A DNA stretch of 63,595 bases, filler included, from Sphacelaria rigidula (Eukaryota): assembly GCA_964200075.2 (NCBI GenBank). It is 11 parts of 11 records of this genome, joined end to end, with 100 filler letters (N's around TTAATTAATTAA, not from the genome) between each part and the next. Parts side by side here need not be neighbours in the genome. Positions count along the whole stretch, not along the records: positions 57,906 to 63,595 come from CAXNAA020025227.1; 10 more parts are not named here. One strand, written 5' to 3'. The number at the start of each line of letters is the position of its first letter. Positions within the stretch are counted from its first letter, which is position 1. A program made the position numbers and the translations under genes. The notes beneath the pieces were generated by a model. The model had not been told where the DNA came from, searched no databases, and was given only the letters and a program-made list of their open reading frames with translations. This document shows positions 63,346 to 63,595 of the stretch, piece after piece.

Positions 63346-63595
63346 TAAAACAGAGCAAGCAGCCAGTAACCTTCCTTGTGCGGGGCAAGTAGACGCAAAA
63401 CACGTCTAATTATACTTGATCCGCTCCGATCCGATATGATATGATATGGTTGAATCTACTCTGACACGTTCTGTGCAGCCATGCGCGTGCAAAACACCTG
63501 ATGTCATTCGGGGGGGGGGGGGGGGGGGAGGGCCTGGTTTTTTGCCCACCCCCGCACCGCCGGGCGGGCAAGACGCGGGTCGGGTGGGCAGGAGG

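Overview
This is not one contiguous locus. It is 11 unrelated contigs of 5691 or 5690 bp, sorted by length and joined by 100-bp artificial spacers (N44-TTAATTAATTAA-N44). The sequence is eukaryotic, intron-rich and very repeat-rich. It most resembles a brown alga (Phaeophyceae), an inference from short exons in kb-scale introns, tandem WSC domains and TTAGGG-like repeats. Host gene fragments, mostly missed or mis-framed by the ORF track: three exons of a tandem-WSC-domain protein (37684-39963 +), two exons of an M16A insulysin/nardilysin-type peptidase (27039-27766 +), one xanthine dehydrogenase exon (59885-60081 -), two or three exons of an unknown protein (1921-5538 -) and a probable signal-peptide first exon (from 19579 +). 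Mobile DNA dominates: a nearly complete but disrupted Ty1/copia element with PPT and 3' LTR (contig 3), RTE-clade LINE fragments, hAT transposase remnants, two tRNA-derived SINE families and many MITE/foldback families, often nested. I found no convincing new multi-gene system. The best leads are the modular WSC exon structure with an intron present in one repeat and absent in the next, a small secreted protein with an RSRR site, a foldback family capped by telomere-like repeats, a possible Plavaka-type transposase relic and a possible esterase-bearing LINE ORF1.
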